A DNA stretch of 64,000 nucleotides from Lytechinus pictus. Its lineage: Eukaryota. Below, in pieces: positions 1 to 14,649 of this stretch. The position numbers and the translations under genes are program-made. The notes under the pieces are model-generated. The model was not told the origin of the DNA. It saw only the letters and a list, made by a program, of their open reading frames with translations, and ran no database searches. The stretch is from positions 6,326,001-6,390,000 of the forward strand of contig NC_087250.1 of NCBI RefSeq assembly GCF_037042905.1, written 5' to 3'. Each line of letters begins with the position of its first letter. The first letter of the stretch is position 1.

Positions 1-263
1 ATATCTTCGTTAAGCTCATTCTCAGTACTTCATCACAATGCCAATCTAGATATTTGATACCACGTAAATGGGTTAGGATCTATTTTTCCCATCGAGATAC
101 AAGACGAGATTTCTGAAATTTCTTAGTAGCATTAAATCCTGAGTTCTGACTTGCTGGATAATGTTTTAGAAACAGCATGCTCGGGCATTTGGAAGATATT
201 ACCATACTTTAGTGTGACTTTGGAGAGGCCCAATTATGAAAACCGTTGAAATTTGGGTTAGTG

Positions 264-472
264 CACTGCAAAAACATCGGTGTCGATTTAACACCAGCCC
301 AGAATATTATTCAGAGAAGTGTTAAACTACACCAGTTTTGTTTCGGTCTAACACCATGAGAATTAAAACAGCTTGGATTTGATTCGAATCTGGTGTTGTT
401 TCAAAACTTCTCTGGTGTGGACATATATAGATTCCGGGCTGGTGTTAAATCAACACCGGAGTTTTTGCAGTG
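264..472. mobile_element. MITE with CACTG...CAGTG termini (EnSpm/CACTA-like)
   Basis: cactgcaaaaacatcggtgtcgatttaacaccagccc is inverted against gggctggtgttaaatcaacaccggagtttttgcagtg; TG on both flanks. Confidence 0.7.
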
Positions 473-1093
473 TGTGTGGTTTTATGGACCAATCAGAGCC
501 AAGTATTATTGTTTTCCAGCTACTGAATCATGTACCTGGCCAATGAAAAGGTGGATATTCATCAATTTAAAACAAGTGTTCTTATACAGCCTTTCTCATA
601 TTAAAACTTAGATCTTCAGTGTTTTCGTGATCTAAAAATCATTTGGGCTAAACAAAGTGTAAAAATTATAAATCTTGACAGGCAAAAATAATTATTTGGT
701 AGCATTTCTTCGATCAAAGGTTTCACAAACATCACATTTAAACAAAATTAATCCAAACACATGTCCTGAAAGAGTTATTCTTAATGTTTTCAATGGTACC
801 AAACTCATGAAATTTTATACGTATTTAGGGCAGCAATGACCGAATCAAAATAGATAATTTGGTGCAGATCCAGCTCATTCAATATGCAAAATATTTCTAT
901 TTACGAATATCACTGGAATATTGAATGTACCTTTTGAGGACCTGCCAACTGACTGTTCTCATCATCGATATACTTGATTTTTAAGACATATCTTGGCATG
1001 TAAATTCTTCATCATTTACAGTAAAATATTTTCATTTTTTTTGATATTTTTCTTATTATAATTCATGTTTATTATCATTTGTCACCTTTTAAG

Positions 1094-1387
1094 GTCTATC
1101 CTCAATGATAATGGAGGCATTACCAGATTTACAGCAGGTGGAGATTATACGTCTTGCAGAAGACATACCTCCTGGTCGTTACATAGAGCTCTGTGTAGCT
1201 TTAGGGTACTCCATAAACCAGGGTGATGCAGTTCTTGCCAGCCACCAATCCAAATACAAGGAAGCTACAACGCAGGTTTTAAACGATTGGAGTACGAAGC
1301 AAAAAGAGCCAAACCAATCACGATCAATCCTGGCACGGAACCTTAAAGAGGCGAAGCTGGGTGAATTAGGAGCGAAATTATCCACAG
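1094..1387 (+). CDS. NLR exon encoding a DEATH domain
   Basis: Acceptor ttttaag|G at 1093/1094 and donor ACAG|gtaata at 1387/1388 (phase 1). Translation IIRLAEDIP..YIELCVALGYS..EATTQVLNDW..RSILARNLKEAKLGELG fits a death-fold pattern; ATGs at 1105 and 1111. Confidence 0.85.
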
Positions 1388-3516
1388 GTAATAACTTTCT
1401 ATTATTTCGTTATTTTTATGACCGGTGTTACGATATTTAACAAATACTAAAGAACACCGAAGAAAATTTAATATACTATTTGTTGGCCTTTTTATTTACA
1501 CGTAAACAGATCATACACTAAACAAAATAATAAGTTTTCTTACATATCTTGTAGAGTCAGTTCTGATTAATCTTCGAATTATGATAAGCCAAACAATGCG
1601 AAGTAGCTGGTAAGGAGTTCCTTAACTTAAAATCCACAATGCAGGCAATGATGAAATTGTGTTGAAATGCGATGGATGTGTAGAGTCACAGTAACAAGAT
1701 GAAATGTCCATGAAGACGAAATTAATGATGATGAAAAGTCAAGTCAGCAATCCTTGGGTTGACTAATTTGCTTTAGAACAGGCTGACGATCTCGATGAGA
1801 ACTGAGAATTCCTCTTTCAAGAGAAGTGCAAGCAGTTCATTGATGGTGTGCAAATAATTCCACAGATCTTAATGATGTATTCAGGGTGGATATAAGCTAT
1901 GCTCCAATATTAAGTCTAGCCTCAAACTCTTAGTACTGATCTGATATGAACCTTGAAGAAAATACCAGATTTTACAAATATAGATTTCAACTATACTGGA
2001 AGCTACTAGTATTGTCTATAAAAAGGACATTCTACTTCTTTCTAGAACAGTCCAATTCCACATGTTCTAGAAGAACGTCATTGCAAATCATATTGTCCTT
2101 TCCTCTGCTGGGAGTTCCTATTATCTACATTACAATAATACCAGTCATTGTCCAGCAGTATTCCTAACAATACTAAACTTAGATGTTCTTTAATATTCTT
2201 TAATTCTTCAAATTATCCTTAGAAAGGAAATAACCAAAGGAATGAATAAACATGTAATTTCTCTTTCAATTATGTAACAACTGGCCACACCAAAAACAAA
2301 ACTAAGGCGCCCGAGAGGATTTTTGTTTAAAGATTTTTATTGAGTTTTAAAAAGCACATAAGTTTTGAAATGATATATAACTTGTTGAATTGTATGAAGC
2401 ATTGAATATTTTTACTTTCTTATAATAGTTTTTGCGGGTATAATTTTTTGTTTTGTTCCTGATGGTGTTTGCTTTTTTTTACTTGGTATAATGGAAATAT
2501 GAACACTTAACAGTGCAGTTTGATAATGGAAGAATTTTTGCGAAACCTTTAAAAGTGCTGTTCTGTAGCCCGCAACATGAAGTTGATCACTGATCGTTAA
2601 ACATTTTGCTGCCGTAACGATTGATAGCATTAACTACAATATACAATCGATCATGAAGATCAAGCGTATTTTTAATCGCTAAAATAGTCAAAATAATGCC
2701 TGATGTAACTTTTTGGAAGTTCCGTGCACTGTGCACAACAGGTATGGTGCATGGGTTAGCAGTCTTATTAATTACTGTTGTCATTCGATTGCAGTCTTAA
2801 AGACTGAAAGCAACTGAAAAAAGTTTGTGTTTTATGTACATAAAAAACGCATCTTTAAAACTTTATTAATACCTCAGTCACATTTTACATGGGGCGTGCC
2901 GTACGGCAATTCGAAAACTGTCGTTTTAACATTTTTTGTACCAGCTACATACAGGTGGTTTGAATAACAAGTAGAGCGCCTCTGTCAGTCTCGCTTGCAT
3001 TACACAATTCTATGTAAAAGCAGTGCTGACTTTCAAAACGAATATGGAGTAATTCTTTAATAAAAAAAACAAAACACAAATGATGATAAAGCGTTCGTTG
3101 ACCCAAAATGACAATTGACCTTGATTGTGTGACCGAAGACTTGTGTAGTGATTCTTGATTACCCGTATGTCCACACTTCATAACTAGACATAAACCTGCA
3201 AAGTCTCGTGGAAATTCAACGGATACTCCCATCAAGGCCAAAGTTTATTGACCTTGGTCATTTAACCTGAAACTGAATTGAATTGATTTGATTTGTTTTT
3301 TTGTTATTCTTCATGAATAATATGCAACTGAAAAATAGTGAACATATAAACATTCGGTTATCGAAAATAACAAAATAACAAAAAAGAGAGTAATATAATA
3401 TCAAAGAACAACAGAGAAATCAAGTTATGTCGAAAAGGGGTCAACAAAAAGAGCAATGATAATAATAAGGGGGACAAAGTTAAAGTTGTGGCGAACTCTT
3501 AAACATAGAATATTAA

Positions 3517-3894
3517 AGTGATTGTTCAACATTGGTTTGACTTTTAAAAAATCTTAGCTAGAAGGTCACACATGTCACCAGAGTCTGTGATATGTTACAA
3601 AAATAAAGCCCAGAAAAAATTGCGTTCGAAAATAATTATTTAGTGCTTCAAAAATTGAAATATAAAGTGACCGGAAACACCACCTTAATTTCATCCCATA
3701 CACTTATGTGTACTATTTAGGCGTCTAGTAAACACCTATTTACAAAATTAGGGTTTGCCTTGTAGTTTTAGCTTTTCTTTCTCAATAATGGTTGTTTTCA
3801 GGGTTTAATAGTTCTAATACATGAACTTGTACACATGTTTCATCTTGGTTTAAGAATTTTTAAAATCGGCTGCTTACAAAGTTAAACAATACCT
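3517..3894. mobile_element. Non-autonomous DNA transposon with AG...CT termini at a TTAA-like site (Kolobok-like)
   Basis: ttaa|agtgattgttcaacattg ... caaagttaaacaatacct|ttat, imperfect TIR. Confidence 0.5.
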
Positions 3895-6186
3895 TTATTA
3901 AAGTTACGAAGTACAATTCTAAGGAAAATAAATATAAAGGAACGTTTAAAGCTAATAACAGAAAGTAGATTTTTAAGATGGTTAAAAGAGTATTCCAAAG
4001 AGGATGACTTATATAAAATATAGCATTCTTTGAAAAAAAAATATGGCAAGGTTCAATTTATAAATGTCTTATAGGTCTTACAGGTTCAGCTTTGAAAAGA
4101 TGGGCAAGGGGTGGGCGTTACGAGGTGAATTAGATAAATTCGTACTTTTTTTGCAAAACGAAATAATTTAGTAATAAAATAATCGTGACTATTTGACCAA
4201 GCAATTTTACAATGTTTTATATGGGAGTTAATCAAAGCATAATGTAAAATAATAAAATGTATCTTGGAAAGTTTCTCAAACGGTAGATAACACCTACAGC
4301 CTTGGAAACACCTGAACACGATTGCTCTGGTGACAAATGCTCCCCAAAATGCGACATTTGCTCCTCGACATTTGCTTTACTGACATTTGCTCCGCCGACA
4401 TTTGCTCCGCCAACATTTGCTCCGCCGACATTTGCTCCGCCAACATTTGCTCCGCCGACATTTGCTCCGCCGAAATTTGTTCTGCCGACTATTGCTCCAC
4501 ATTTAGCGACAAATTTTCCGGCGACAATTTCCCCGGTGACAAATGCTCCATCGACAGTTTCTCGTCATGTTGCTTTAAAAAATAAATGTAAGACCTAAAT
4601 AACATACCTGCATTAAAAATATATAGAATAGTAATAATGACCATACAGCTTTGGAGAAGAAGCTTTGTTATTTTTACAAAAAGAACAATGGGTGGTATTT
4701 TCGGCGGAGCTATTATCAGAGGAGCATTTGTCCCTACATACGGAGCAATTGTCGGCGGAGCAAATGTCGGTGGAGCAATTTTTGGCGGAGCAAATGTCGG
4801 CGGAGCAATTTTCGACGGAGCAAATATTGGCGGAGCAATTGTCGCCGGAGCATGTGTCGTTTGGGTAGGATTTGTCGCCGGAGAATTTTTCGCTAAATGT
4901 TGAGCAACAAAATGTTTATTGAAAATTATAGGCCCATAACTCTCTTAAATGTTGATATCAAGATCGGCTCCAAAGCCTTAGCACAGAGACTGAAAAATAT
5001 TTTACCATCTATCATTCATCCTGATCAAGTAGCTTTTGTTAAAAATAGATACATAGGTGAAGCCGTGAGAACAGTATTTGAGACAATGTTCTATATTAGG
5101 CTTAAGCGCTTGGGCGGTATTTTATTAAGCCTCGATTCTAAAAAAAAAATGACTCATTGAACCACCAATTTTTGATAGAAGTTTTGAAATGTTTTAACTT
5201 TGGAAATAATTTTTGCAATTTTGTCAATGTTCTTTACAAAAATATTGAAAGCTGTGTGATGAACAATAACGTTTCAACTGGATATTTTACGGTAGGAAAA
5301 GGAATACGACAGGGGGATCCTTTATCTCCATATCTTTTTATATTAGCTATAGAAACGCTAGCCATAACCATAAGAAAAAATGAAAACATTCAAGGCATAA
5401 GATTAAAAAATCCTCATGAAATTAAGTTGTCTATGTACGCCGATGACATAACGGTTTATTTGTCAAACTTTGAATCGTATCATCACCTCACGGAAGCTCT
5501 AAATAATTTTCAATTATTTTCATCACTCTCACTGAATTACGATAAGACGAAAGCCATATTTATAGGACAATTCAGTTTGCAAAACCCATCTATACCAATA
5601 GATATCAAGTTTTTTAACGTTTTGACAATTCTTGGAATCGACATCTCTTACTCTTTTGAGGATAGAATGGCGCAGTTACAAAGAATTTTATCCAACATTA
5701 AATCTCAACTAAATTTATGGAAAGCCAGGAATTTATCATTATACGGGAAAATCCAAATTGTAAAAACTTTTGCTACCTCTCAGCTGTTATATGCAGCCAG
5801 CATATTATCTATACCTTATTCATTTATTCATAAGGTGAACACATTACTGTATGAATTCATTTGGGGTGGTCCTGATAGAGTATAACGTGAAGTGTTGGTT
5901 AAAGAATACGATGACGGGGGGTTAAAGATGACTTGCATCAAATCGATTATTCAAGCTCAGAAAATGAAATGGGTTTCGAGACTTTTCTTTTCAACTTCGA
6001 AGGGCTGGAAAGATGTTTAGAATTGTTGTCACCTGTCGGTGGAGAATACATTTTTTATTGTAATTTTGATATGAAATATTTGAATATTAAAGTGTCAAAT
6101 TGGTTGATGGACATTTTACAAACATGGAGTTTATTGGAAAGGAAAATAGATATTACAAATGAGTTTATATGGAACAATCAATATAT

Positions 6187-9100
6187 TAGTAGAGCGGATT
6201 AGCTCCAAAAATCACAACAATTGTGCAAATTTTGACTAAAGCATAAAACTTTCACAAGTATTAGTATATGCCGTAAGATTTATTTTAAAGATGGGAGGTA
6301 AATTTTTAAATGCCATTTTCGGTCGTTGCCATGGCAACGGATTAATTTCTCCAAAACAACATACATTCCCATGTAAATGGTAAATAAACATGATATAGAT
6401 GACCAAAATGATAATTTTCAGGCTCCCGATTGAATACATATGAAATTTAGAAATATTCAAGATCATCAAGATAGTTCCAATTGGTCCGTTGCCATGGCAA
6501 CGGCTTGTTTTTCCCCAGAAAAATAAAAATATTGGTTTGAAAAACCTTGTAGAATATGATTTATCTTTAATTTCCCCTAATTTTACAGCGCTTAACAAAG
6601 ATATTTTGGTTGCTAAATGTGTAAATTACATATCAAGCCATTGCCATGGCAACCAAATATAATCTAGTTTACAAAAATAACATGGTTGACAAGACAATGG
6701 ACAGGTGGAAAATACAATTGGAATTGACTTTAATCTGTATGCTTAAGTTTTGACCCCCTCATTTGCACAAAATATACAAAAAGTGTTCTGCAGGAGTTCT
6801 TTATAAAGATAAAAAATTATGTTCCCTTGGTTATGCTTGAATTAAATTTAAAAAGGAACAATTTTACAAAGGGCCTGTTGCCATGGCAACAGCTTATTTC
6901 TCTCTAGAAAGGTAAAAATATTGATAAAAATTTAGAATACATGTACGTATGATCATCATTCCATTTTTCCAAATTTAAAGGTACTAATCGAGATATGTTT
7001 GTGACTAAATTTATAAATATAACACCTTAAGCCATTGCCATGGCAACCAAATAACATCAATTTTTTTTAAAAAAGTGGATGATAAGGTTAAGAACAGGTG
7101 AAAAATACAACGAATATTAACTTAATGTACATGCGTAAGGTTTGACCTACTTAATTAATTTAGGGGAAAATAATACAGTCAGCGTTCTGCATGAACTAAT
7201 TAAAATGATAAACATTGATGTTGCCTTGGTAATACTTGAATTCAACGATAAATATCAATGTTCCAAATGGCCTGTTGCCATAGCAACGGATCATTTACCC
7301 AAGAACAGTACCAGTTTTGATTAAAAAAAGGACTGTATTATCTGATTTTTCTTTCATTTACCTTAATTTTAGGATTAGAATAGATATGTTTGCTGTTAAC
7401 ATACAAATAATATCTAAATCCATTGTCATGACAACCAAATAACATCTGATTTGAAAAAAATATATAACATGGTTGACATGATAATGGACAGGTGGAAAAT
7501 GCAATTTATAACAATTAACTCAAGGTTTGACCCAGTCATTTGATTTTGAACAAAGATTACAGTGTTTCGCATTAGTTCATTAGAATGATGAAATTTGAGA
7601 TTGCCTTGGTAATGCTTGAATTTAATGATAAATATCAATGTTGCATATGGGGCGTTGCCATGGCAACAACTCTTTTTTCCCCAAGAAAAGCACCAAATTT
7701 GATCGAAAAAAAGTTTAGAATCTGCATTTGTCATAAATTTCCCCTAATTATAGGGTGCAAAGCATAGATATGTTTGCTGTTGATGTACAAATAACTTAGG
7801 CCATTGCCATCAATGCCATGACAACCAAATAACATCTAATTTAGTGGCTAAATTTAGTTTCTATTCAATGGTTTTCAGGGTGAAGTAGTACATTGGGACT
7901 AGTTACAAGGACAGCCAGTGGTCTGACGTGTCCAAAACCCTAAGACGGCTTCCAAAAATGGAGTTTTAAATGGCTGTTGATATATAAATGGACAAAGCTC
8001 ATTTCATATCCGTCTGAGATATATGATTTTGGTGTCTAGACCATGGTTTCAATGGTCAAATAATACACTATGACAAGTTGAACGGACAGTCAGTTGTCCA
8101 GTATATAAAAAATCCAAGATGACTTCCAAGAATGGAGTCTAGAATTGCTGTTGCTGCATTGAAAAACGTAGTTTGTTTGATATCCCGGAATATGTTTATG
8201 TCATGGTTGAATGGGTCAAATAATACATTAGGACAAGTTACAAGGACAGTCAGTGGTCAAGTATGTCCAAAAATCCAAGGTGGCTTCCAAAAATGGAAAA
8301 GCTCCTGTTACTAACAAATTGACATATTTCGTGTAATATATGCCAAAGGCATATTATTTTGATATCTAAACCATGGTTTGAAAAGTCAGTAAATACATCA
8401 TGTACATTGGAACAAGTTACAAGGACAGTCAGTAATCCAGTATGTCTAAACATCCAAGATGGCTTCCAACAATTGGAGTCTAATCGGAGTCTGTTACTTT
8501 AAAATTGACATAGTTCATTTAAAATCCACCAAGTAAAAATATTTTGGTGTTCACACTTTGGTTTCAAGGTTTAAAAAATATGTTTAGACTGGTTACAATG
8601 ATATCCAGTTGTCCATTTTTTCTTAAAAAATCCAAGAGGGTTTTCAAAATGGCGTCTAAAATGACTTCTATCACTCAGAAATTATCTGAGTTCATACAAC
8701 ATCAACCTGTGAGAAATATTTTTGGTGTCTACACTGTGGTATGAAGGGTCAACTATTACATTAGGACAAGTAACAAGGATGATTAGTTATCAATTTTGTC
8801 CAAAATCCAAGGTAGATTCTAAAAATACATCAAAATGGGTTCTGTTGCCAACCCATACCTGCTTGCATTTTTAATGTAGGCACCAAAATTATATCTCACA
8901 AGTGGATATTACATCCACTTCAAAGTAACAGTCGTCATTTTAGAATCCATTTAAGGAAGCCATCTTGGATTTTCAGGCAAAATGGACAATTGTAACCAGT
9001 CCCAAAGTATATTTTGATCCTTGAAACCCTAGTGTAGACACCAAAATAACATCCCCAGGTGTATTTTTGATGTACTATGTCCAATTTTAAGTAACATTAA

Positions 9101-12100
9101 AACCCCCATTTTTTAAGCCATCTTTGATTTTTTTGACACAATAATGACACCTGACTGTCGTTTCAACTTGACCAAATGTACAGTATTACTTGACCCTTTT
9201 AATACTAGTTTAGATACCAAAATCATATCCCCAATGTATATTATCAATGAACTATATTATGTCCATATTGAAGTACCAACAGTCAATTTAGACCCCATTT
9301 TGAAGGCCATCTTGGATTTTTTAAAATACCAGTCCACTGACTGTCCTCGTAACTTGTTCTAATGCATTAAACCATGGTTTTATGATTATGGTTTAGACAT
9401 CAAAATCACTTTCCCCAGACAGATATTGAACAAACTATGTCCTAATTTATTATTTGACTCTTGAAAATATGGTTTAGACACCAGAATCACATCTCACAGG
9501 CGGATATAGAATGAACTATGCCAATTTTTAAGTAACAACAGTCAATTTTAGACCCCATTTTTTGAAGCCATCTTGGAATTTTGGACATACTAGACCACCG
9601 ACTGTCCGTGTAAGTTTTTCTTAATGTATTATTGGCCTTTGAAATCATAGTTTAGACACCAAAATCATATCTCACAGGTGAATATAAAATGAACTATTCC
9701 ACTTTTAAGTATCAGCAGCCATTTTATAATTATTTTCGGACATACCTGTCTGTCGTTGTAACTTGTCCTAATATTATTAGACTCTTGAAACCAATGATTT
9801 AGAGTCAAAATCACTTCCCCATGGCCAATATGAAATGAGCTACGTCCACTTAAGGTATCAGCAACCATTTTAGATTCAATTTTTTGAAGCCATCTTATGT
9901 TTTTGGACATTTCAGACCACTGGCTGTCCCTGTAACTTGGCCCTATGTACTATTTGATCCTAAATAACCAATGAATAAAAAAACAAATTAAAGCCATTTT
10001 ATGAAGTAAGGGATGAGTTGTGGATTTTAGCATACGGCAGCCAGTGAGGGCACCATCTTGGATTTTCCTGTTACCCTGGAGTACTTAATTTTTTTTTTCA
10101 ACCTTTCAACCAGTATAAAGGGTATTTAATTTTTTTAAATATTTTAATAAGTCTACTTGTCATGTAAAATTAGCAGTGAATAGATTATACTTCATGTTGA
10201 TTCCATTCATAATCATGTTAATCTAGAAATTATCACAGCATTTCAAAATCTTCTTCGTCAAAGTCAGTAGCGTAATTTGGAGGGGTCCAGATATGATGTA
10301 TCGAGTGAAATGTATTTTTAAAAGTTGTCAGCTAGCCCAGCGAAAGAGTAAAACCTTCGAAATTTTTCATTTTTTTAAAACAAAATAAAATTTTGGGTAT
10401 AGTATTCGGAAAATAATCATATTTTATCCATCTCTCTTTCACTTTCTCTTTATTTTTTTTTTCTTGGTAATGATTTTGTTGGGGTGGAGTAGGATTGCAG
10501 AATTCCCGGGAATTTTTTTTGATGGAATCTTTTCATGGGTATAAACGGGAATTTTGTGGGAATTTTTGGAATTTTCGGCAATTTTCAAGAAATGATGGGA
10601 ATTTACAAAAAGTAACAATTTTCTATGCAGAAATTAAAATGCATACCCTAGCAGATGATACTTGATAATTCTTTGCCTTCAAATTTCAAGCTAAGTATTA
10701 TGCTAAAACAGTCAGACCAAGCAAAATTTTAATGATTTCCATGTAAAAGTTGATTTACTGTATTTACTTTGATTAGGAGCTCAAGACCATGTCAACTCCT
10801 CAAATAGACTTAAGATTTTAATTTATCAACGCCTATAATCCCCTAATATATTGATATGATGAACGGCCTTAAAGCACAAATCACACCAAGACGCTTTCTT
10901 CAAAATGGCAGCCTGCGAATACATTGAACGAAATTGACCAGCGTCGAAATTAGAGTTTCGGGAATTTATTTGAGCCAAAAAAAGTCTGATATGATTTTTG
11001 TAGGTCTTATTTCGATGCCATGTATAATGAAATAAATTGGTGCTTATCATTTAGCATATTTATGTTCAGCACCCTCAAATATGGGAAAAGGAAATAAAAA
11101 TAAACATATTATTTTCATAAAAATTGGTACTTTTAAGGGACCATTGGCAATATTGATATCTATCATCATGTTCAAGCATTACCAAATCAACATATCGTAA
11201 TGAAATCATGCATAATACTTGTGATGTGATTTTAGAATTAAAAGAGTAGGTCAAACCTTACACATATTAAGTTAATTTTATTGTATTTTCCACCTGTCCA
11301 TTATCTTGTCAGCCATGTTATTTTTTGGAAAATTAAATGTTATTTTATTGCCATGGTAATGCCTTAAGATGTTATTTATACTTTTAACAACAGAGATGTA
11401 CGTGTATGTTTGGCACCCTAAACTTAGTAGAATTGAATGAAAAATAAGATTCTACAAGGCATTTTTTAATCAATGATAGTATTTTAGGGGGAATAAAATG
11501 ACCCGTTGTCATGGGAACAGAACACACATTTGCAAACATTAATATTAAATTCAAGCATTACCAAGGCAACTGTCAGTTTTTATCATGCTAATGAACTCAT
11601 GCGGAACACTGTATTTTTTGTTCAAAACTTAATGACTGGTCAAACCTTATGTAGATTAAGTAAATCTTTACTTTACATTCCACCTGTCCATAATCATTTC
11701 AACTGTGTTAGTTTGTTTTAAAAATTATATCTTAAATGGCTGTCATGGCAATGGCTGAAGATGTTATTTATTTATTAACAGCAAGCATATATATGCTTAG
11801 CTCCCTAAAATTGGGGCAAATGAAATAAAAATCAGATTTTACAATTTTGTGTTTTTCAAAGATGATACTTTTCTGGGGGGAATTGAGCTGTTGCCATGGC
11901 AACGGTACATTTGAAACACTAATATTTATCATTAAATTCAAGTATTACCAAGGCAACATCATTTTATTATTCTAATGAACTCATACAGAACTCTTACTGA
12001 AATTTTTGTTCAAAAATTAAATGACTGGCCAAACCTTTCGCATATTGAGTTATTTGTAATAGTATTTTACACCTGTCCATAATCTTGTCATCCCAATTAT

Positions 12101-13755
12101 TTTTTTTTGTATTAGATATTATCTGGTTGCCATGGCAATAGCTTCAGATGTTATTTATACATTTTGCATCAAACATATCGATGTTAAGCACACTAAGATT
12201 AGGGGAAATGCAAGAAAAATCAAATTCTACAGTCCCTTTTTTAATCAAAACTGGTACTAAATGATCCGTTGCTATGGCAACAGGCCATTTGGAACATTGA
12301 TATTTATTGTTGAATTCAAGTATTACCAAGGCAACATCAATGTTTATCATTCTAATTAGTTCATGAAGAACACTGACTGTATTATTTTCCCCTAAATTAT
12401 TTGAGTAGGTCAAACGTTACGCGTATGTACACGTTAATTTTTATTATATTTTTCACCTGTTCATAAGCTTATCATCTATGTTGTTGGTTTTTTTCAAATT
12501 AGATATTATCTGGTTGCCATGGCAATGGCTTAAGATGTTATATTTATAAATTTAGTCACAAACATATCTCGATTAGTACCTTAAAATAAGGGAAAATGGA
12601 ATGATGATCATACCGTACATGTATTCTACATTTTTATTAATATTTTTACCTTTCTAGAGGGAAATAGGTTGTTGCCATGGCAACGGGCCCTTTGCAAAAT
12701 TGTTTCTTTTTTAATTTAATCCAAGCTTTACCAAGGCAACATTAATTTTTATATGTTATAAAGAACTCCTGCAGAACACTTTCTGTATTTTTTGTTCAAA
12801 TGAGGGGGTCAAATCTTAAGCATACAGATTAAGTCAATTCCAATTGTATTTTCCACCTGTCAATTGTCTTGTCAACCATGTTATTTTTGTAAATTAGATG
12901 TTATTTGGTTGCCATGGCAATGGCTTAAGATGTTATATTTATAAATTTAGTCACAAACATATCTCGATTAGTACCTTTAAATTTGGGAAAATGGAATGAT
13001 GATCATATCGTACATGTATTCTACATTTTTATCAATATTTTTACCTTTCAAGAGGGAAATAAGCTGTTGCCATGGCAAAGGGCCCTTTGCAAAATGTTTT
13101 CTTTTTAAATTTAATTCAAGCTTTACCAAGGCAACATGATTTTTTATCTTTTTAAAGAACTCCTGCAGAACACTTTCTGTATTTTTTGTTCAAATGAGAG
13201 GGGTCAAAACTTAAGCATACATATTAAGTTAATTCCACTTGTATTTTCTACCTGTCCATGGTCTTGTCAACCATGTTATTTTTGTAAATTAGATGTTATT
13301 TGGTTGCCATGGCAATGGCTTGAGATGTAGTTTACACATTTAGCAACCAAAATATCTCCGATAAGCACTGTAAAGTTAGGGGAAATTAAAGATAAATCAT
13401 ATTCTACAACGTTTTTTTATCAATTTTTTACTTTGCTGGGGAAAAACAAGCCGTTGCCATGGCAACAGACCAATTGGAACTATCTTGATGATATTGAATA
13501 TTTCTAAATATCATATGTATTCAATTGGGAGCCTGAAATTATTATTTTGGTCATCTATACCATGTTTATTTACCATTTACATGGTAATGCATGTTATTTT
13601 TGAGAAATTAATCCGTTGCCATGGCAACGGCCGAAATGGCATTTTAAAATTTACCTCCCATCTTTAAAATAAATCTTACGGCATATACTAATACTTGTGA
13701 AAGTTTCATGCTTTAGTCATAATTTGCACAATTGTTCGGCTAATCCGCTCTACTA
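6187..13755. mobile_element. 7.57-kb non-autonomous Academ-type foldback DNA transposon
   Basis: Termini TAGTAGAGCGGATTAG...CTAATCCGCTCTACTA with a 3-bp TSD TAT; removing it restores L1 codons WNNQYITFKGKS; kb-long inverted arms of subrepeats; no coding ORF. Confidence 0.8.
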
Positions 13756-14604
13756 TATCACATTTAAAGGAAAATCTATCTATATACCAAACATAAAAGA
13801 AAAGGGATTCACCAAAAGTACTGATATGTTAGATGAATTTGGACGCCCACTACGCTGGAGGGAAGCGAAGGAAAGGGGGTTAAAGTTTACTGAGTATTTT
13901 GAATTGTTAGATTGCTATAAAATAATGCCAGGGAAATGGAAAGTTTTCTTTTTACGACAAAACTACCATCATCTTGTAAAAGAATCTGAGGATTTCCCTT
14001 CTCTTTTCTGTGAATCTGCATTTAGACAAATTCAGAATATATCGACAAAGAAATGTTATCGCACTTTTTTTAAACATTAATAATTCTGAAACCTCCAAGG
14101 TGTTTACTCGCTTTAATCAACTTTACAACATCGATAGGCAACAGACTTCCAAATTGTTCACTATTCCATTACGAATCACTATTGACACCAGACTTCGAAT
14201 CACACACTATAAAATTTTAAATAACTTAATACCTACAAATGAATGGCTCACAAAAATAGGAAAGAAAACCAATGCATTGTGCTCTTTTTGCAATGCGACA
14301 CCCGAGACATTGGATCATTTGTTTTTTGCATGACCTAAAATAGCATCCTTTTGGAATGTGTTGCGTATGAGAGTGACTGACTTTAATCCTAATTATTTCC
14401 TTTCACGAGATACTGTTTTATTTGGATTACTAGAACCTCTTGGTCCATCCACCTTAGCATTTAATTTTCTAATTTTACTTGGTAAACAATTCATTTTGCG
14501 ATGTAAATACCAAGAGACTCTCCCTAGTTTAAAACGATTTAATTATTAACGATTTTGTTGAACTTTGGTTCACAACACAAAAAAACAGAAAATAACGAAG
14601 AGTT

Positions 14605-14649
14605 ACTTCGAAATTTTCGGCTGCTAACTGCAACCTTCGTCAGCGATGT
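14605..14649 (-). ncRNA. Minimal hammerhead ribozyme motif (inverted copy)
   Basis: Reverse complement reads acatcg-CTGACGA-a-ggttgc-agtta-gcagcc-GAAA-ATTT-cgaagt. Confidence 0.7.

Noticed and set aside
1490..2230. Possible very old retroelement fragment
   Set aside because: No diagnostic motif could be read with confidence
4302..4903. ORFs with TFAPP/GGANV pentapeptide repeats, and the array as a possible CRISPR
   Set aside because: These are translations of the 15-bp MITE units; there are no unique spacers or cas genes, and the context is eukaryotic
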